From positions 1-64,000 of the forward strand of contig JAEOTC010000076.1 in NCBI GenBank assembly GCA_016840035.1: DNA of 64,000 nucleotides, written 5' to 3'. Position 1 is the first letter of the stretch; every line of letters begins with the position of its first letter. Below are positions 28,959 through 38,951 of this stretch, piece after piece. Source of the stretch: Candidatus Hodarchaeota archaeon (lineage in GTDB: Archaea > Asgardarchaeota > Heimdallarchaeia > Hodarchaeales > Hodarchaeaceae). Under the pieces are notes generated by a model, which did no database searches, was not told where the DNA came from, and saw only the letters and a program-made list of their open reading frames with translations. The position numbers and the translations under genes are program-made.

Positions 28959-30845
28959 ATGGTAAAATCTATGCAAGAACAGCTCTTTTTAGATTTAAGA
29001 AAAGCCATAGCCAATAGGAATATACACCGGGTTAACGACATACAAAAGAAACTTCTATCACTAGATTCTGACCAAAAAGATGAGGATTTGTTTTGGAAAC
29101 TTCGCATAGAAGCAGAAATCCATCATTTCAGACGAAATTATTCCCAAGCAATTTCAATTCTTGAAGAAGCTCAAAATCTGCAAGTGAATCTTTCATTGAC
29201 TGACAATCAGCTTAGTAGTCTAAGAGGTAGATATGCCTCCTGTTTATATTCAATAGAAAACTATGAAAAAGCTCACGAGGAGTTTTCCAAAGCCAAAGAT
29301 TTGAGTGGCCACGATATTCCAAGATCTTTCTATTACAGATTAAGGATACTTCAATGCTTGCTTAAATTAGATAGAAAATCAGATTATTTTACCTATTATT
29401 TTGAGATAATTGAATGTTTCTTTACTAATCCGTTAGAAAAAGTGTGGAATCACCACTTAGATTATGCTTGGAATCTGATTTCAAGTATCCAGACGAGTAA
29501 CTGGTTTGGAGAAATCAAAAAGCTCACATTTGAATATTCCCCTGACAAAACAGAGAATTATACCTCATCACTTTTATATTTTCTTTTTGCCCTTCTCTCC
29601 CGGTCTGAAAGCAAATATGATGAGATGATCACACATATGAACTCTAGTCTTGCAGCTTTCAGGGAGGGATGGAACGTTAATGATCATAAAAACCTATTAC
29701 TTAATTGTGCAAATCTTGTTAGATACCCGTTCAGTGATTTCGCTACCGCTCAAACATTGTTGGAAAAGGCGTTGGCTTTAAGTCCTGATCCTGATGGGTG
29801 GAGAGCACAAATTTTAAATTCCTTAGGGTCTGTCTCACGATTTACAGGAAATTATCCTCGGGCTATTCAGGTTCTCGAGGAATCTATTGATATTAGTAGG
29901 AAATTTCCTTACTTATATCAATTAGGATTCGCATATAACACATTGGGAATGGTTTATACACTCTTAGGAGAAAACTTCAAGGCTAAAAAAGCTTTCGAAT
30001 CAAGTCTTGATTGTAATATCAAAGAAAACAATTTCACTGGGCAGGGATATACATTTGGATCAATGGGATGGCTTGAATCTGTGCTGAATAACTTTAAATC
30101 AGCTAATGTGTACTATTCCAAGAGTATAGATGCGTTTGAGAAGTTTGGGAACACACCCCCGATCATTCTTCTCGCAAAAGCGGAAGTCTTATCTCAAATT
30201 CATAATTTCATGACTCCTGATATAGAGAAGTTGCTAAAAAACGCACATGAGCTAATTTGGAAACGTAAAACACGATTAGATAAAGGCAGATACTATATCA
30301 CATTAGGACATATCTATTTCAACTTCAAGGATTACTCTAGAGCTGAAGAAAATTATTTAGAATCGCTAATATTTGATGATATTTACGAAGTTTATTCTCA
30401 AGGTCTTTTAGGCATAATAAAGGTAAAAACATTTCTTTATATCGAATCTGATGACATCAATTTCATGAACCAAGTTAAAACAAGACTATCAAGCCTCAAC
30501 TCTCTAACTCAAGAGAATTCATTGTTGTGGGCAGAGATGAATTTAATTTCATCAATTATTGATATATCGGAAGGAAAATTTGGACAAGCTACCAACAATT
30601 TAAAATTATTACGTACTTATTCAGAGAATCATGGATTGATCGGGCTTCAATCCCGAATATTAAAGCAAGAAGACTACCTAGCTATATATCAGAAGTACGT
30701 ACAAATTCAGGATCAAATTCAGGATCAATCAGAGATAGAAGATGCAAAATCACAGTCCTTAATGGATGTATTGGATTACTTAAAGGCAATTTCACGCCTA
30801 TTGACTACTCATTCGACTGACACCAAGTCTAAAGACCCTAAATGA
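28959..30845 (+). CDS. TPR-repeat protein
   Basis: LNSLG..G.Y..A; YNTLG; YITLG repeats. Confidence 0.82.
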   Translation: MVKSMQEQLFLDLRKAIANRNIHRVNDIQKKLLSLDSDQKDEDLFWKLRIEAEIHHFRRNYSQAISILEEAQNLQVNLSLTDNQLSSLRGRYASCLYSIENYEKAHEEFSKAKDLSGHDIPRSFYYRLRILQCLLKLDRKSDYFTYYFEIIECFFTNPLEKVWNHHLDYAWNLISSIQTSNWFGEIKKLTFEYSPDKTENYTSSLLYFLFALLSRSESKYDEMITHMNSSLAAFREGWNVNDHKNLLLNCANLVRYPFSDFATAQTLLEKALALSPDPDGWRAQILNSLGSVSRFTGNYPRAIQVLEESIDISRKFPYLYQLGFAYNTLGMVYTLLGENFKAKKAFESSLDCNIKENNFTGQGYTFGSMGWLESVLNNFKSANVYYSKSIDAFEKFGNTPPIILLAKAEVLSQIHNFMTPDIEKLLKNAHELIWKRKTRLDKGRYYITLGHIYFNFKDYSRAEENYLESLIFDDIYEVYSQGLLGIIKVKTFLYIESDDINFMNQVKTRLSSLNSLTQENSLLWAEMNLISSIIDISEGKFGQATNNLKLLRTYSENHGLIGLQSRILKQEDYLAIYQKYVQIQDQIQDQSEIEDAKSQSLMDVLDYLKAISRLLTTHSTDTKSKDPK

Positions 30846-31306
30846 TCCTGGGTCCTCCCTCCCCAGAGTCCCTATTTGACTCCCAGGCACACCACTCTTC
30901 TCATGTTTCCATGAAATTCATTCTACTATTGCCAAATGTAGTAGAAAGTCATTAATCGTTAATATTATTGTATCGAGTTTATCTACCGTGGTCGTATATC
31001 TTCTTTCTAGGCTTCTTTCGAACCAGAGAAGATAACCACCAAACTTTAGATGGTAATCTAATATATCTTTTGGTAGTTTTTATACTCCTTAAAAAAAAAG
31101 ACTATTAATTCGTGTACAGTATAATAAACACTTAATTATGGCCAATCCTCCCTATTCAATAACAGATTTTTAATCTAAGCACAATTTATGTGATTTAAAC
31201 AGATTTTTGTAGTTAGATAGTCTGATCTCATCAGAAAATGATTGATCAAGTAACCACAAAATTGAAGATTGCATCCTATCAATATTGAGAATAAGAGGTA
31301 AAACAG

Positions 31307-32458
31307 TTGAAATCATATATTCGAGACCATTTTCCAGTAGTAGATAAGGCCGTTTATCTCAATCACGCTGCTATCGGCCCTTCACCGAATCCTGTAACAC
31401 AAGAGGTTCAAAAATGGATGGTACATCACAAATCTTATGGTGATATGTATTTCTCGCCTTTAAACAAAATGTATGAAGATATAAATAAAGACCGTGATGT
31501 TCTGGGAAGACTAATCAATGCAAAATTTCCTAGAGATGAGATATCATTTACTTATAATACGAGTTATGGGTTAGCTGCAATAGCTGAGGCAATTCCCTGG
31601 AAGAAGGGAGATTCTATTATTCTGAATTATTTGGAATATACATCAAATTCTTATACGTACCAAGCTTTAGCTCGTAAATTCGATCTCAAAGTAAAGACAA
31701 TACCTCACATAAATGGGGTTTTACCCTTAGAAAAATTTCAAGCAGCTTTAGATCACACAACTAGGTTAGTGGCAATCTCACATGTTCAGTTTAGCAATGG
31801 TTTTCGTATTGATCTTGAGGAATTGGCTAATCTTGTGCATGAAGTAGGAGGAGAAATAATCGTTGATGGTATTCAGTCTTTGGGAGCAGTTCCTCTGGAT
31901 GTTCAAAAGACTAATATTGATTATTTGGCTGCAGGAGGATATAAATGGTTATTGGCCCCGATGGGAACTGGATTTCTCTATGTTCGCAAGGATTTAACAG
32001 ACACTTTGCAACCCTCTTTTATTGGGAGTATGTCAGATTCTTCCCCAATGAACCTATCGCATCACTACTATAGACCTGGCCCTTCTGCCAAGCGTTTTCA
32101 AGCTTCTCTAGGTCCTAATTCATATCTTCTTTCTGTAGCTGTAAAATTTCTTCTAGATATCGGCATTGAGAATATATTTAAGCATCTACTAAACTTAACC
32201 AATATTATTATCGATTTCGTTGCAGACTCTCCCAATTTTGACTTAAATTCTCCCGTGGCCGAGATTAAACAAAGAAGTGGAATTATTAATTTTTCATGTC
32301 CTAACGCAGAGAAGATTGTGACTCAATTACGAAAGTTAGACAAACCCATCGCGGTCTCATACCGTGAAAATGGTATTAGGGTTTCCCCACACTGTTACAA
32401 TACAGAAGAAGAGGTTCAAAGTTCTCTAGAAACTATTAAGAAATTAAGTTCCTCATAA
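31307..32458 (+). CDS. Class V PLP-dependent aminotransferase-family enzyme
   Basis: YLNHAA; VDGIQSLG; GGYKWL; RVSPH.YN. Confidence 0.88.
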   Translation: MKSYIRDHFPVVDKAVYLNHAAIGPSPNPVTQEVQKWMVHHKSYGDMYFSPLNKMYEDINKDRDVLGRLINAKFPRDEISFTYNTSYGLAAIAEAIPWKKGDSIILNYLEYTSNSYTYQALARKFDLKVKTIPHINGVLPLEKFQAALDHTTRLVAISHVQFSNGFRIDLEELANLVHEVGGEIIVDGIQSLGAVPLDVQKTNIDYLAAGGYKWLLAPMGTGFLYVRKDLTDTLQPSFIGSMSDSSPMNLSHHYYRPGPSAKRFQASLGPNSYLLSVAVKFLLDIGIENIFKHLLNLTNIIIDFVADSPNFDLNSPVAEIKQRSGIINFSCPNAEKIVTQLRKLDKPIAVSYRENGIRVSPHCYNTEEEVQSSLETIKKLSSS

Positions 32459-32482
32459 TTTCATGATTAAAAAATTGAAAAA

Positions 32483-33169
32483 CTAGTTTTGTTTTTCCTC
32501 TATCTTCCAAACACTCTCTCCTTGCCAATCTCGAATTCGCTTAACTGGACTCCCAGCGTAAATCGAATTTGGTTTAAGCACTCTATTTGCAGGGATCACG
32601 GAGTTACTAGCTACAATAACATTATCTTGAATCGTAACTCCAGGTAATATTATGGTTCCTGCTCCTATTGTACAATTTTTACCAATGATTATTCTCTTAC
32701 GAAAAAGTTCCCCCTGTGAAATAGCATGGGCGCCAATAATACACCCAGTTCCGATTGAGGTGTTCTCCCCGATCTCCATTAATTCTACATCCCAGATTCG
32801 TGTATAAATTGCTGCTCCTTTTCCTATTTTTGCACCAAATAATTTATAGAATAATGAGGGGAACATCTGGTTGATAAACATCTTATTTACAAAATAATAT
32901 GCTGTATCGGCCGCAGTCATACCCACACCCCAAAGTATTTGGTCACGGCCAGTTAAAATACCTTCCTCATTTTTCATGAGCATTCTAGCTGACTTATGTA
33001 TAGCTGCTAGAACAAACAAACCAGTAAATAAGGTTAATGTTATAGCAGATATTAAAGACAAGAACAAATTATTGAAAAACAAGTCATTATAAAATAAATC
33101 GAAGTAAAATACACCTACAAAGATAACTGATGCGAGTAAGACGATCTGAAAGAGAACCCAGGCAGCCAT
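32483..33169 (-). CDS. Membrane-bound hexapeptide-repeat acyltransferase
   Basis: Two N-terminal TM helices; IGKNCTIG..ILPGV repeats; YAGSPVK; start placed at ATG 33169. Confidence 0.82.
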   Translation of the reverse strand: MAAWVLFQIVLLASVIFVGVFYFDLFYNDLFFNNLFLSLISAITLTLFTGLFVLAAIHKSARMLMKNEEGILTGRDQILWGVGMTAADTAYYFVNKMFINQMFPSLFYKLFGAKIGKGAAIYTRIWDVELMEIGENTSIGTGCIIGAHAISQGELFRKRIIIGKNCTIGAGTIILPGVTIQDNVIVASNSVIPANRVLKPNSIYAGSPVKRIRDWQGESVWKIEEKQN

Positions 33170-33179
33170 TATGTATCCC

Positions 33180-34838
33180 TTAGATATCAATATTTTTGGA
33201 GGGGGACAAGTGGCCAAAGACCTCTTCTGCGATATCTACCGCTCCATCAAAGACACTTCGTGCTCCATTCCAAGTTGCAAGATATTTGCCGTACTGGGCA
33301 CAAAACTTTGTTTGAAATTCGTGTAAGGCTTTCTTTAATTCTAAATCGTGCTTATTACTGAAAATTACTGCAGAAATTCCACTACTACTATCCTTATCGG
33401 TTATTATAAAGTGATTACCGTGCCTAACTAAATTTAGGTCTCCTTTTTCTCTCATCATTTCAGACATGAATGAGGAGACTGCAGTTAAAGCTCCTGACAA
33501 GAGTGTAAGTTCAATATCCGTATCAAGTTCCTTTTGAAAGGCATAATCAAATAATGGTAATCCCCCTTCTTCAATTACCATTAGTAGGGTAAAATCCAGT
33601 GGTTCATAGCTATCAGTTGTCCAAAATAGGGGGAAAGCAGCAAAAAATGCCAATATGATAAGAACGTATGTTACATAATCTAGATTTTCTAAGAGAGGGA
33701 CCAATAACCAATGCCCTACACCATATCCCGCCCCAAGTCCAAATGCGAGTGAAATAAAACCTAACGCAAAGTAGCGACCTAATCCATCCCGCGGAGAAAG
33801 ATCAGCCCACAAAGAAGAGTCCAAAGTCGGATGAATTAGAGCAAATGAGAATCCAATTGTCAATGCAGAAATTGCGAAACTTAGCTCTGAATGTTCTAAT
33901 CCAAGGATCATGGCAGATAAAACGATACCGTACAAAGCAAGGACCATAAGATTCTTCCTTCCTATTCGATCAGCTATGATTCCAGCGGGTATGACTAGTA
34001 TTAAATCGCCAATTAACACCAAAACCCAGAAAAGCTTGTCAATGGTAAATTCTAATTCCCCAAGTGCGGGAATCTCATAAGTTTCCGAAATATTTAGAAC
34101 AGATCCAATTAAAGGGAAAATAGCGATGGATATACCTAGCATACAATACAATAAGAAGTGAGTACTCAAGTATGCTTGAACAGACCTTCGTCCTACAATT
34201 TTTGTAAATTTGGTGGGCCAAGCATCCGGAATCCAATATTTCAAGTCTCGTGAGAGAACGAAGAAGATAACAGTTAATATAAGTCCTAATATACCAATTC
34301 CAGGAATTATTACAGCCCAGCTATTACTAAGTGGATCCGAAGTAGCAAAATTAGAGGAGATTTCGTCACCAACTACAATACAGATGAGTACTAAGATTAT
34401 AAACATGAATATCGATGCTGAATATGTTTTTCCACGAGCAGTTGTGTCAGTCAAACCTGCGAAGATTGTGCCGCTACTAGTAAGAAGAATGGCAAAGGAA
34501 AAGGCCAAACCTACGAGAGAGAGGGAAAACAATATAGTAGAATTAATAAAAACGATAAATAGAATTGAAGTTATTGACGCACCCAGCATCCCGATTACAA
34601 CACCTTTCTTTAGGAACTCTGGGTGTGAATCAAGGTAATGGCCTGTAAAATACAGTACTAGGATGACAAGAAGAAGAAGGACCCCGAGAATAATAATTCC
34701 AAAACCCATGAAAGGGTTATCTTCCGATTGTTCAACATAATCCAATATATCAAAAGAGTAAATTAGCAATAATGTCGCAGCTAAGCACCATGTGAACGTA
34801 CTGGGGATCAAGATTAGAAAAAATCTTTTTATATTCAT
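33180..34838 (-). CDS. MFS transporter fused to a C-terminal longin-like domain
   Basis: About 12 TM helices; GIIADRIGRK; soluble C-terminus VIEEGGLPLFDY..LLSGALTAVSSF..WNG..VF. Confidence 0.8.
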   Translation of the reverse strand: MNIKRFFLILIPSTFTWCLAATLLLIYSFDILDYVEQSEDNPFMGFGIIILGVLLLLVILVLYFTGHYLDSHPEFLKKGVVIGMLGASITSILFIVFINSTILFSLSLVGLAFSFAILLTSSGTIFAGLTDTTARGKTYSASIFMFIILVLICIVVGDEISSNFATSDPLSNSWAVIIPGIGILGLILTVIFFVLSRDLKYWIPDAWPTKFTKIVGRRSVQAYLSTHFLLYCMLGISIAIFPLIGSVLNISETYEIPALGELEFTIDKLFWVLVLIGDLILVIPAGIIADRIGRKNLMVLALYGIVLSAMILGLEHSELSFAISALTIGFSFALIHPTLDSSLWADLSPRDGLGRYFALGFISLAFGLGAGYGVGHWLLVPLLENLDYVTYVLIILAFFAAFPLFWTTDSYEPLDFTLLMVIEEGGLPLFDYAFQKELDTDIELTLLSGALTAVSSFMSEMMREKGDLNLVRHGNHFIITDKDSSSGISAVIFSNKHDLELKKALHEFQTKFCAQYGKYLATWNGARSVFDGAVDIAEEVFGHLSPSKNIDI

Positions 34839-35058
34839 TTTAATTGTATCCTAGAAAGTTTAGTGATTTTTAGGGCGAGTTTTCCTTGTTTACTAAGAAG
34901 TCGACTGTTAATGTTATAAATATCTAAGGAGGATAAAGAGATTAAATTCTTTATTCAGGTTCACAGCATTATTGTAAGAGAAGAAATCAATAACTATTGA
35001 ACCTAAAGGGATGAAAATCTTTTTGGAAAAACTGTAATTGATACAGATTATTATATAG

Positions 35059-36120
35059 GTGCCTGTAAAAGTGACCATAAACAAAATGTACAACTTACTT
35101 TCGGAACTCGTTGTTATTCCTGGCCCAGTTGGGAGAGAAGAGCAAGTGCAGCAATTTTTAGCTGATAAATGGGAAAAATTCAATCTGAAAACTGAAATAG
35201 ATAGGATAGGAAATCTTTATGGCCATATTTCCGGTGAAGGGCCTCATTGGGCAATCGTATCCCATGCAGATACCATTGGATTTCTAGTGCAACAGATCCT
35301 AACAGACGGTTTCTTAAAGATGGCATTTAACACCGCAGCAACCACACCAGATGCACGTTTTCTTGCAGGATCAACGGTTAGATTTCTTACTGATAACTCA
35401 GAAGAAGTCCTTGGATATTTTGGTTTAAGAAGTGGGCATTTAGCAGGAATTGAGGGAAAGAAAAAACCAATCCTATTTGATGAGATGTTTATCGACTTGG
35501 GAGTAAAATCAAGTGAAGAGGTTACAAATTTAGGCATTGATATTGGTACCCCTGCAGTTTTTAATTCCCCCTTAGTTCAAATTCAAAATAATGTCGTTGG
35601 TCCCTCCATGGATAACCGAGTAGGATCCACAATTCAAACCATTTTAGCAGAAAACTTAATGAAGAAGAAAAACAAACCAAATCTCACGTTAATTTCTACA
35701 GTTCAAGAAGAAATTGGTATGAAGGGAGCTGCTGCTGCAGCTGTAGCTGAAAAAGGTAAGTTTGATGGAGTAATTAATTTGGATGTGGGATTGACAGGAG
35801 ATATTCCATCATCTAAAAACGACTTTCTACCAACTAAGTTGAGTTCTGGACCCATCCTTGTCGTAAAGGACTTTTCCATTCACTATTCACATTCATTGTT
35901 AACTTCACTGGCGAAATTAGCAAAAGAGAAGAATATTCCCGTCCAGAAGGCCGTATTCAAAAATTATAACACTGACGGAATGTATTTCTTTATGAACGGG
36001 CATCCTACCCTAACTGTTTCTATACCGTGTAGATATACACACACAAACTTTGAAACAATTAATTTATCAGACATTCAATATACACTAAAGCTCTTGGAAT
36101 CACTATTTACATCTTCATAA
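35059..36120 (+). CDS. M42 (TET-like) aminopeptidase
   Basis: SHADTIG; DNRVG; QEEIG; RYTH. Confidence 0.88.
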   Translation: MPVKVTINKMYNLLSELVVIPGPVGREEQVQQFLADKWEKFNLKTEIDRIGNLYGHISGEGPHWAIVSHADTIGFLVQQILTDGFLKMAFNTAATTPDARFLAGSTVRFLTDNSEEVLGYFGLRSGHLAGIEGKKKPILFDEMFIDLGVKSSEEVTNLGIDIGTPAVFNSPLVQIQNNVVGPSMDNRVGSTIQTILAENLMKKKNKPNLTLISTVQEEIGMKGAAAAAVAEKGKFDGVINLDVGLTGDIPSSKNDFLPTKLSSGPILVVKDFSIHYSHSLLTSLAKLAKEKNIPVQKAVFKNYNTDGMYFFMNGHPTLTVSIPCRYTHTNFETINLSDIQYTLKLLESLFTSS

Positions 36121-36134
36121 TACCTAATGACCAG

Positions 36135-37853
36135 GTGTGTACGCAAATTATGAATCAGAAGAACGTAATTCTAGTAAAACTAGGTGGAAGTTTAATAACG
36201 TATAAACAAGATGAGGACCGTATCAATAAATATTTATCTGTGATAGATCAATTTCGAGGAGGAACAGCGTCCTTAGAAGATTTAACTACCACAATAGCCC
36301 ATCTCTTAAATACGAGTACGTTGAAAGAAATTTTTAGAACTCTTAACATATATATAAAGAGTAATCCCATGTCAAAAGTTATTATAGTACATGGAGCTGG
36401 ATCCATTGGACATTCTCTTGTATTACACTTGTTGAAATCGGAAACAGACTTAGAATACGTTTATCCGATTATCAAGCTCGCTGTTTCCATTCAGAATCAT
36501 CTCATTGCTGGTTTAGGGATACAATTTGGAATAAACGCAATCTCCTTCTCCTCACATCAAATCATGCTTGGATATCCTACTGATCGAACATCCTCTCCCC
36601 GAATTGATGCAGCTGATCTTTCCACCCTTGAAACAATGATTACGAACACAGATTCTGTTCCAATCTTTTTTGGAGATGTAGGGTTTGCTCAAGGAACACA
36701 CGCGGATCTACCTGGAGAATGGAAGGTTTTTTCTGGAGATTTAATCCCAAATGCACTAGCACGTAGTTTTTCTTACCTGCAAATTGATAAAGCGATCTTT
36801 TTGACACAAGTTCCAGGAAAAATGACTGGGATCTATTCTAAAGATCCATCATTGCCAGACTCTCAGCTGATTCGAAGGATTGAAGTTGGCCCTCGAACAA
36901 ATCGTTACTATAATTCGGAGAATAATGAAATCCACTTTCAGCAAGAGGGTACTCAGTCAAAATTTGATGTAACTGATGCAATGGAAGGGAAACTAAGAAA
37001 TTTAATTGGTTTAGCTCATGAAAACGTTACTAGCTGGGTTATTGGATTCGAGGAATTTGATAAAGCATTACAAGGAGAAAATGTTGGGACAAGAGTCATT
37101 CCCGAGAAGGACCTTAACACCAATGTAGTATTCCTAGGAAGAGGAGATGCATTTGGATCAGGGGGGTATAAGAGCGCATCAATTCTCCTAGAGTTGGAAG
37201 TAAAAACGATATTGTTAGATTGCGGTCCTCATACACTTCAAGCACTCAAAGCATCTGGCAGAGAAACTACTCAAGTTGATTGGATAGTCATTTCTCATTT
37301 TCATGGAGATCATTTTGGGGGGATCCCCTATTTACTCCTAGAATTGACGTTTCAACACCAAAGAACACATCCTTTGAAGATCATTGGCCCTCCAGGAATA
37401 GAGAAAATTGTGAATGATCTTTTTACCGTACTTTATGAACGAGAATCATCAAAAACTCGTCCCTTCCCTATTGAATATACAGAAATTACCCCTGATACAC
37501 CTTATGAGAACAACGGTATTAAAATAAAAGCTTTTTCAATGAACCATACACCAGAGGCACAAGGATATAGAATACAATCGCGTTCGGTTACGATTGCTTA
37601 TACAGGTGATACTGGTTGGACTGAGAACCTTATCCCGTTAATTTCTGACACACAGCTAGCGATATTGGAATGTAATTTCTACCAAAGCCAATTTGAAACC
37701 CATTTAAATTGGCAAGAAGTGCTTAAACTTTATAATCTTGCAGAAAAAACTGCCGTAATTCATCTTGGTGCAGAAATGGTTACAGAGGTTCACAGACTAA
37801 TTGGCCAAAAGGGCCTATTGATTCCACTCGAAGGCCAAATCATCCGAATTTAA
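36135..37853 (+). CDS. Fusion of an isopentenyl-phosphate-kinase-like (AAK) domain and an RNase Z-like MBL hydrolase
   Basis: VKLGGSLIT; HGAGSIGH; GDV; SGD; DVT.AM.GK; then LDCG, SHFHGDH, YTGDT. Confidence 0.82.
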   Translation: MCTQIMNQKNVILVKLGGSLITYKQDEDRINKYLSVIDQFRGGTASLEDLTTTIAHLLNTSTLKEIFRTLNIYIKSNPMSKVIIVHGAGSIGHSLVLHLLKSETDLEYVYPIIKLAVSIQNHLIAGLGIQFGINAISFSSHQIMLGYPTDRTSSPRIDAADLSTLETMITNTDSVPIFFGDVGFAQGTHADLPGEWKVFSGDLIPNALARSFSYLQIDKAIFLTQVPGKMTGIYSKDPSLPDSQLIRRIEVGPRTNRYYNSENNEIHFQQEGTQSKFDVTDAMEGKLRNLIGLAHENVTSWVIGFEEFDKALQGENVGTRVIPEKDLNTNVVFLGRGDAFGSGGYKSASILLELEVKTILLDCGPHTLQALKASGRETTQVDWIVISHFHGDHFGGIPYLLLELTFQHQRTHPLKIIGPPGIEKIVNDLFTVLYERESSKTRPFPIEYTEITPDTPYENNGIKIKAFSMNHTPEAQGYRIQSRSVTIAYTGDTGWTENLIPLISDTQLAILECNFYQSQFETHLNWQEVLKLYNLAEKTAVIHLGAEMVTEVHRLIGQKGLLIPLEGQIIRI

Positions 37854-37858
37854 ACAGG

Positions 37859-38137
37859 TCATCGAACTTTTCCTAGTGATTCCAATCGCCATACAATATT
37901 TTTCCTTTTTCCATCCACCATTGTAACTACTCGATAGGAAACCTTCCCCTCGACTCGCATTTGAGTTAATACCATTGGAATTCTATCAGCACAGTCTTGA
38001 TTAAACATACTTACACGATCAACAATCTCAGTTGTACTTGCTTCTTGGAGCTCTCGCAAAACAACCTCTATCCATTTTTCCGTTCCAGAGGTATCAGAGT
38101 TATCCATTTTGAGTGAATCTCCAGTTTCATTCTTCAT
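37859..38137 (-). CDS. Small putative winged-helix protein
   Basis: ASTTEIVD..LTQMRVEGKV..WRL pattern. Confidence 0.55.
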   Translation of the reverse strand: MKNETGDSLKMDNSDTSGTEKWIEVVLRELQEASTTEIVDRVSMFNQDCADRIPMVLTQMRVEGKVSYRVVTMVDGKRKNIVWRLESLGKVR

Positions 38138-38344
38138 AAAACAAGGGAAAAAACATCTATTTCAGTATCAGTCTGTTTTGGTCAGGAATACGAATTTGTA
38201 TTTATTTCAGTTACCTTATATTTGAAAGAATTTATGAGATTAAATTGTATTCTATCATCATACGATATTTTAAGATTAACAAGTAAAGAAATGGGGATTA
38301 AAAGTATCTTCATCCTACCATGCCTCCAAGTATAAAACTTAAAA

Positions 38345-38947
38345 ATGTCGAACTCGGATAAGAACGCAAGTTTTAGGCGGAAAATCATGACAAATAAAGA
38401 AATTAAGCATGTATTAAAAATACTCTTACTTGGGGACGGAGCTGTAGGTAAAACTTCGTTAATTTTGAGATTTATAGAAAATAAATTCAAGGATGAATAT
38501 TCAGTTAGCTTAGGCGTTGATTTTCTAACTAAAACAATTGAATTCATTGATGAAGATGATATTAAGCGAACTGTTTCTCTACAGGTCTGGGATATCGCAG
38601 GACAGGCCCGACATGTCTCCTATTCACATCTATATTTGAAAGGGGCATTAGGTGCTTTCTATGTATTTGATTTAACAAGAAAGGAGACTCTCGCCCATAT
38701 TCAGAATCGTTGGCAACTTCAGGCTCTCAAAGCATCGCCCAACCATCTTGGAATCCTTATTGGAAATAAGGCTGACCTAGTTAAGGAACGAGATATTCCA
38801 AAAACACAATTAAAGAAAATAATTGATAGTATGCACGTCTTTGATTTCATTGAGACCTCCGCGAAGACCGGCAGGAACGTTAACAAGGCTTTCCGAGTGT
38901 TAACCACAGAAATCCTTAACGTAAAACCAAAAAAATTCCTGAAGTGA
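38345..38947 (+). CDS. Rab-like small GTPase
   Basis: GDGAVGKT; SLGVDF; WDIAGQ; GNKAD; ETSAKTG. Confidence 0.92.
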   Translation: MSNSDKNASFRRKIMTNKEIKHVLKILLLGDGAVGKTSLILRFIENKFKDEYSVSLGVDFLTKTIEFIDEDDIKRTVSLQVWDIAGQARHVSYSHLYLKGALGAFYVFDLTRKETLAHIQNRWQLQALKASPNHLGILIGNKADLVKERDIPKTQLKKIIDSMHVFDFIETSAKTGRNVNKAFRVLTTEILNVKPKKFLK

Positions 38948-38951
38948 GAAC

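Noticed and set aside
31307-32458. Cysteine desulfurase supplying the TtuA-like enzyme
   Set aside because: Lacks the RxGxHC or SSGSAC catalytic-cysteine loop
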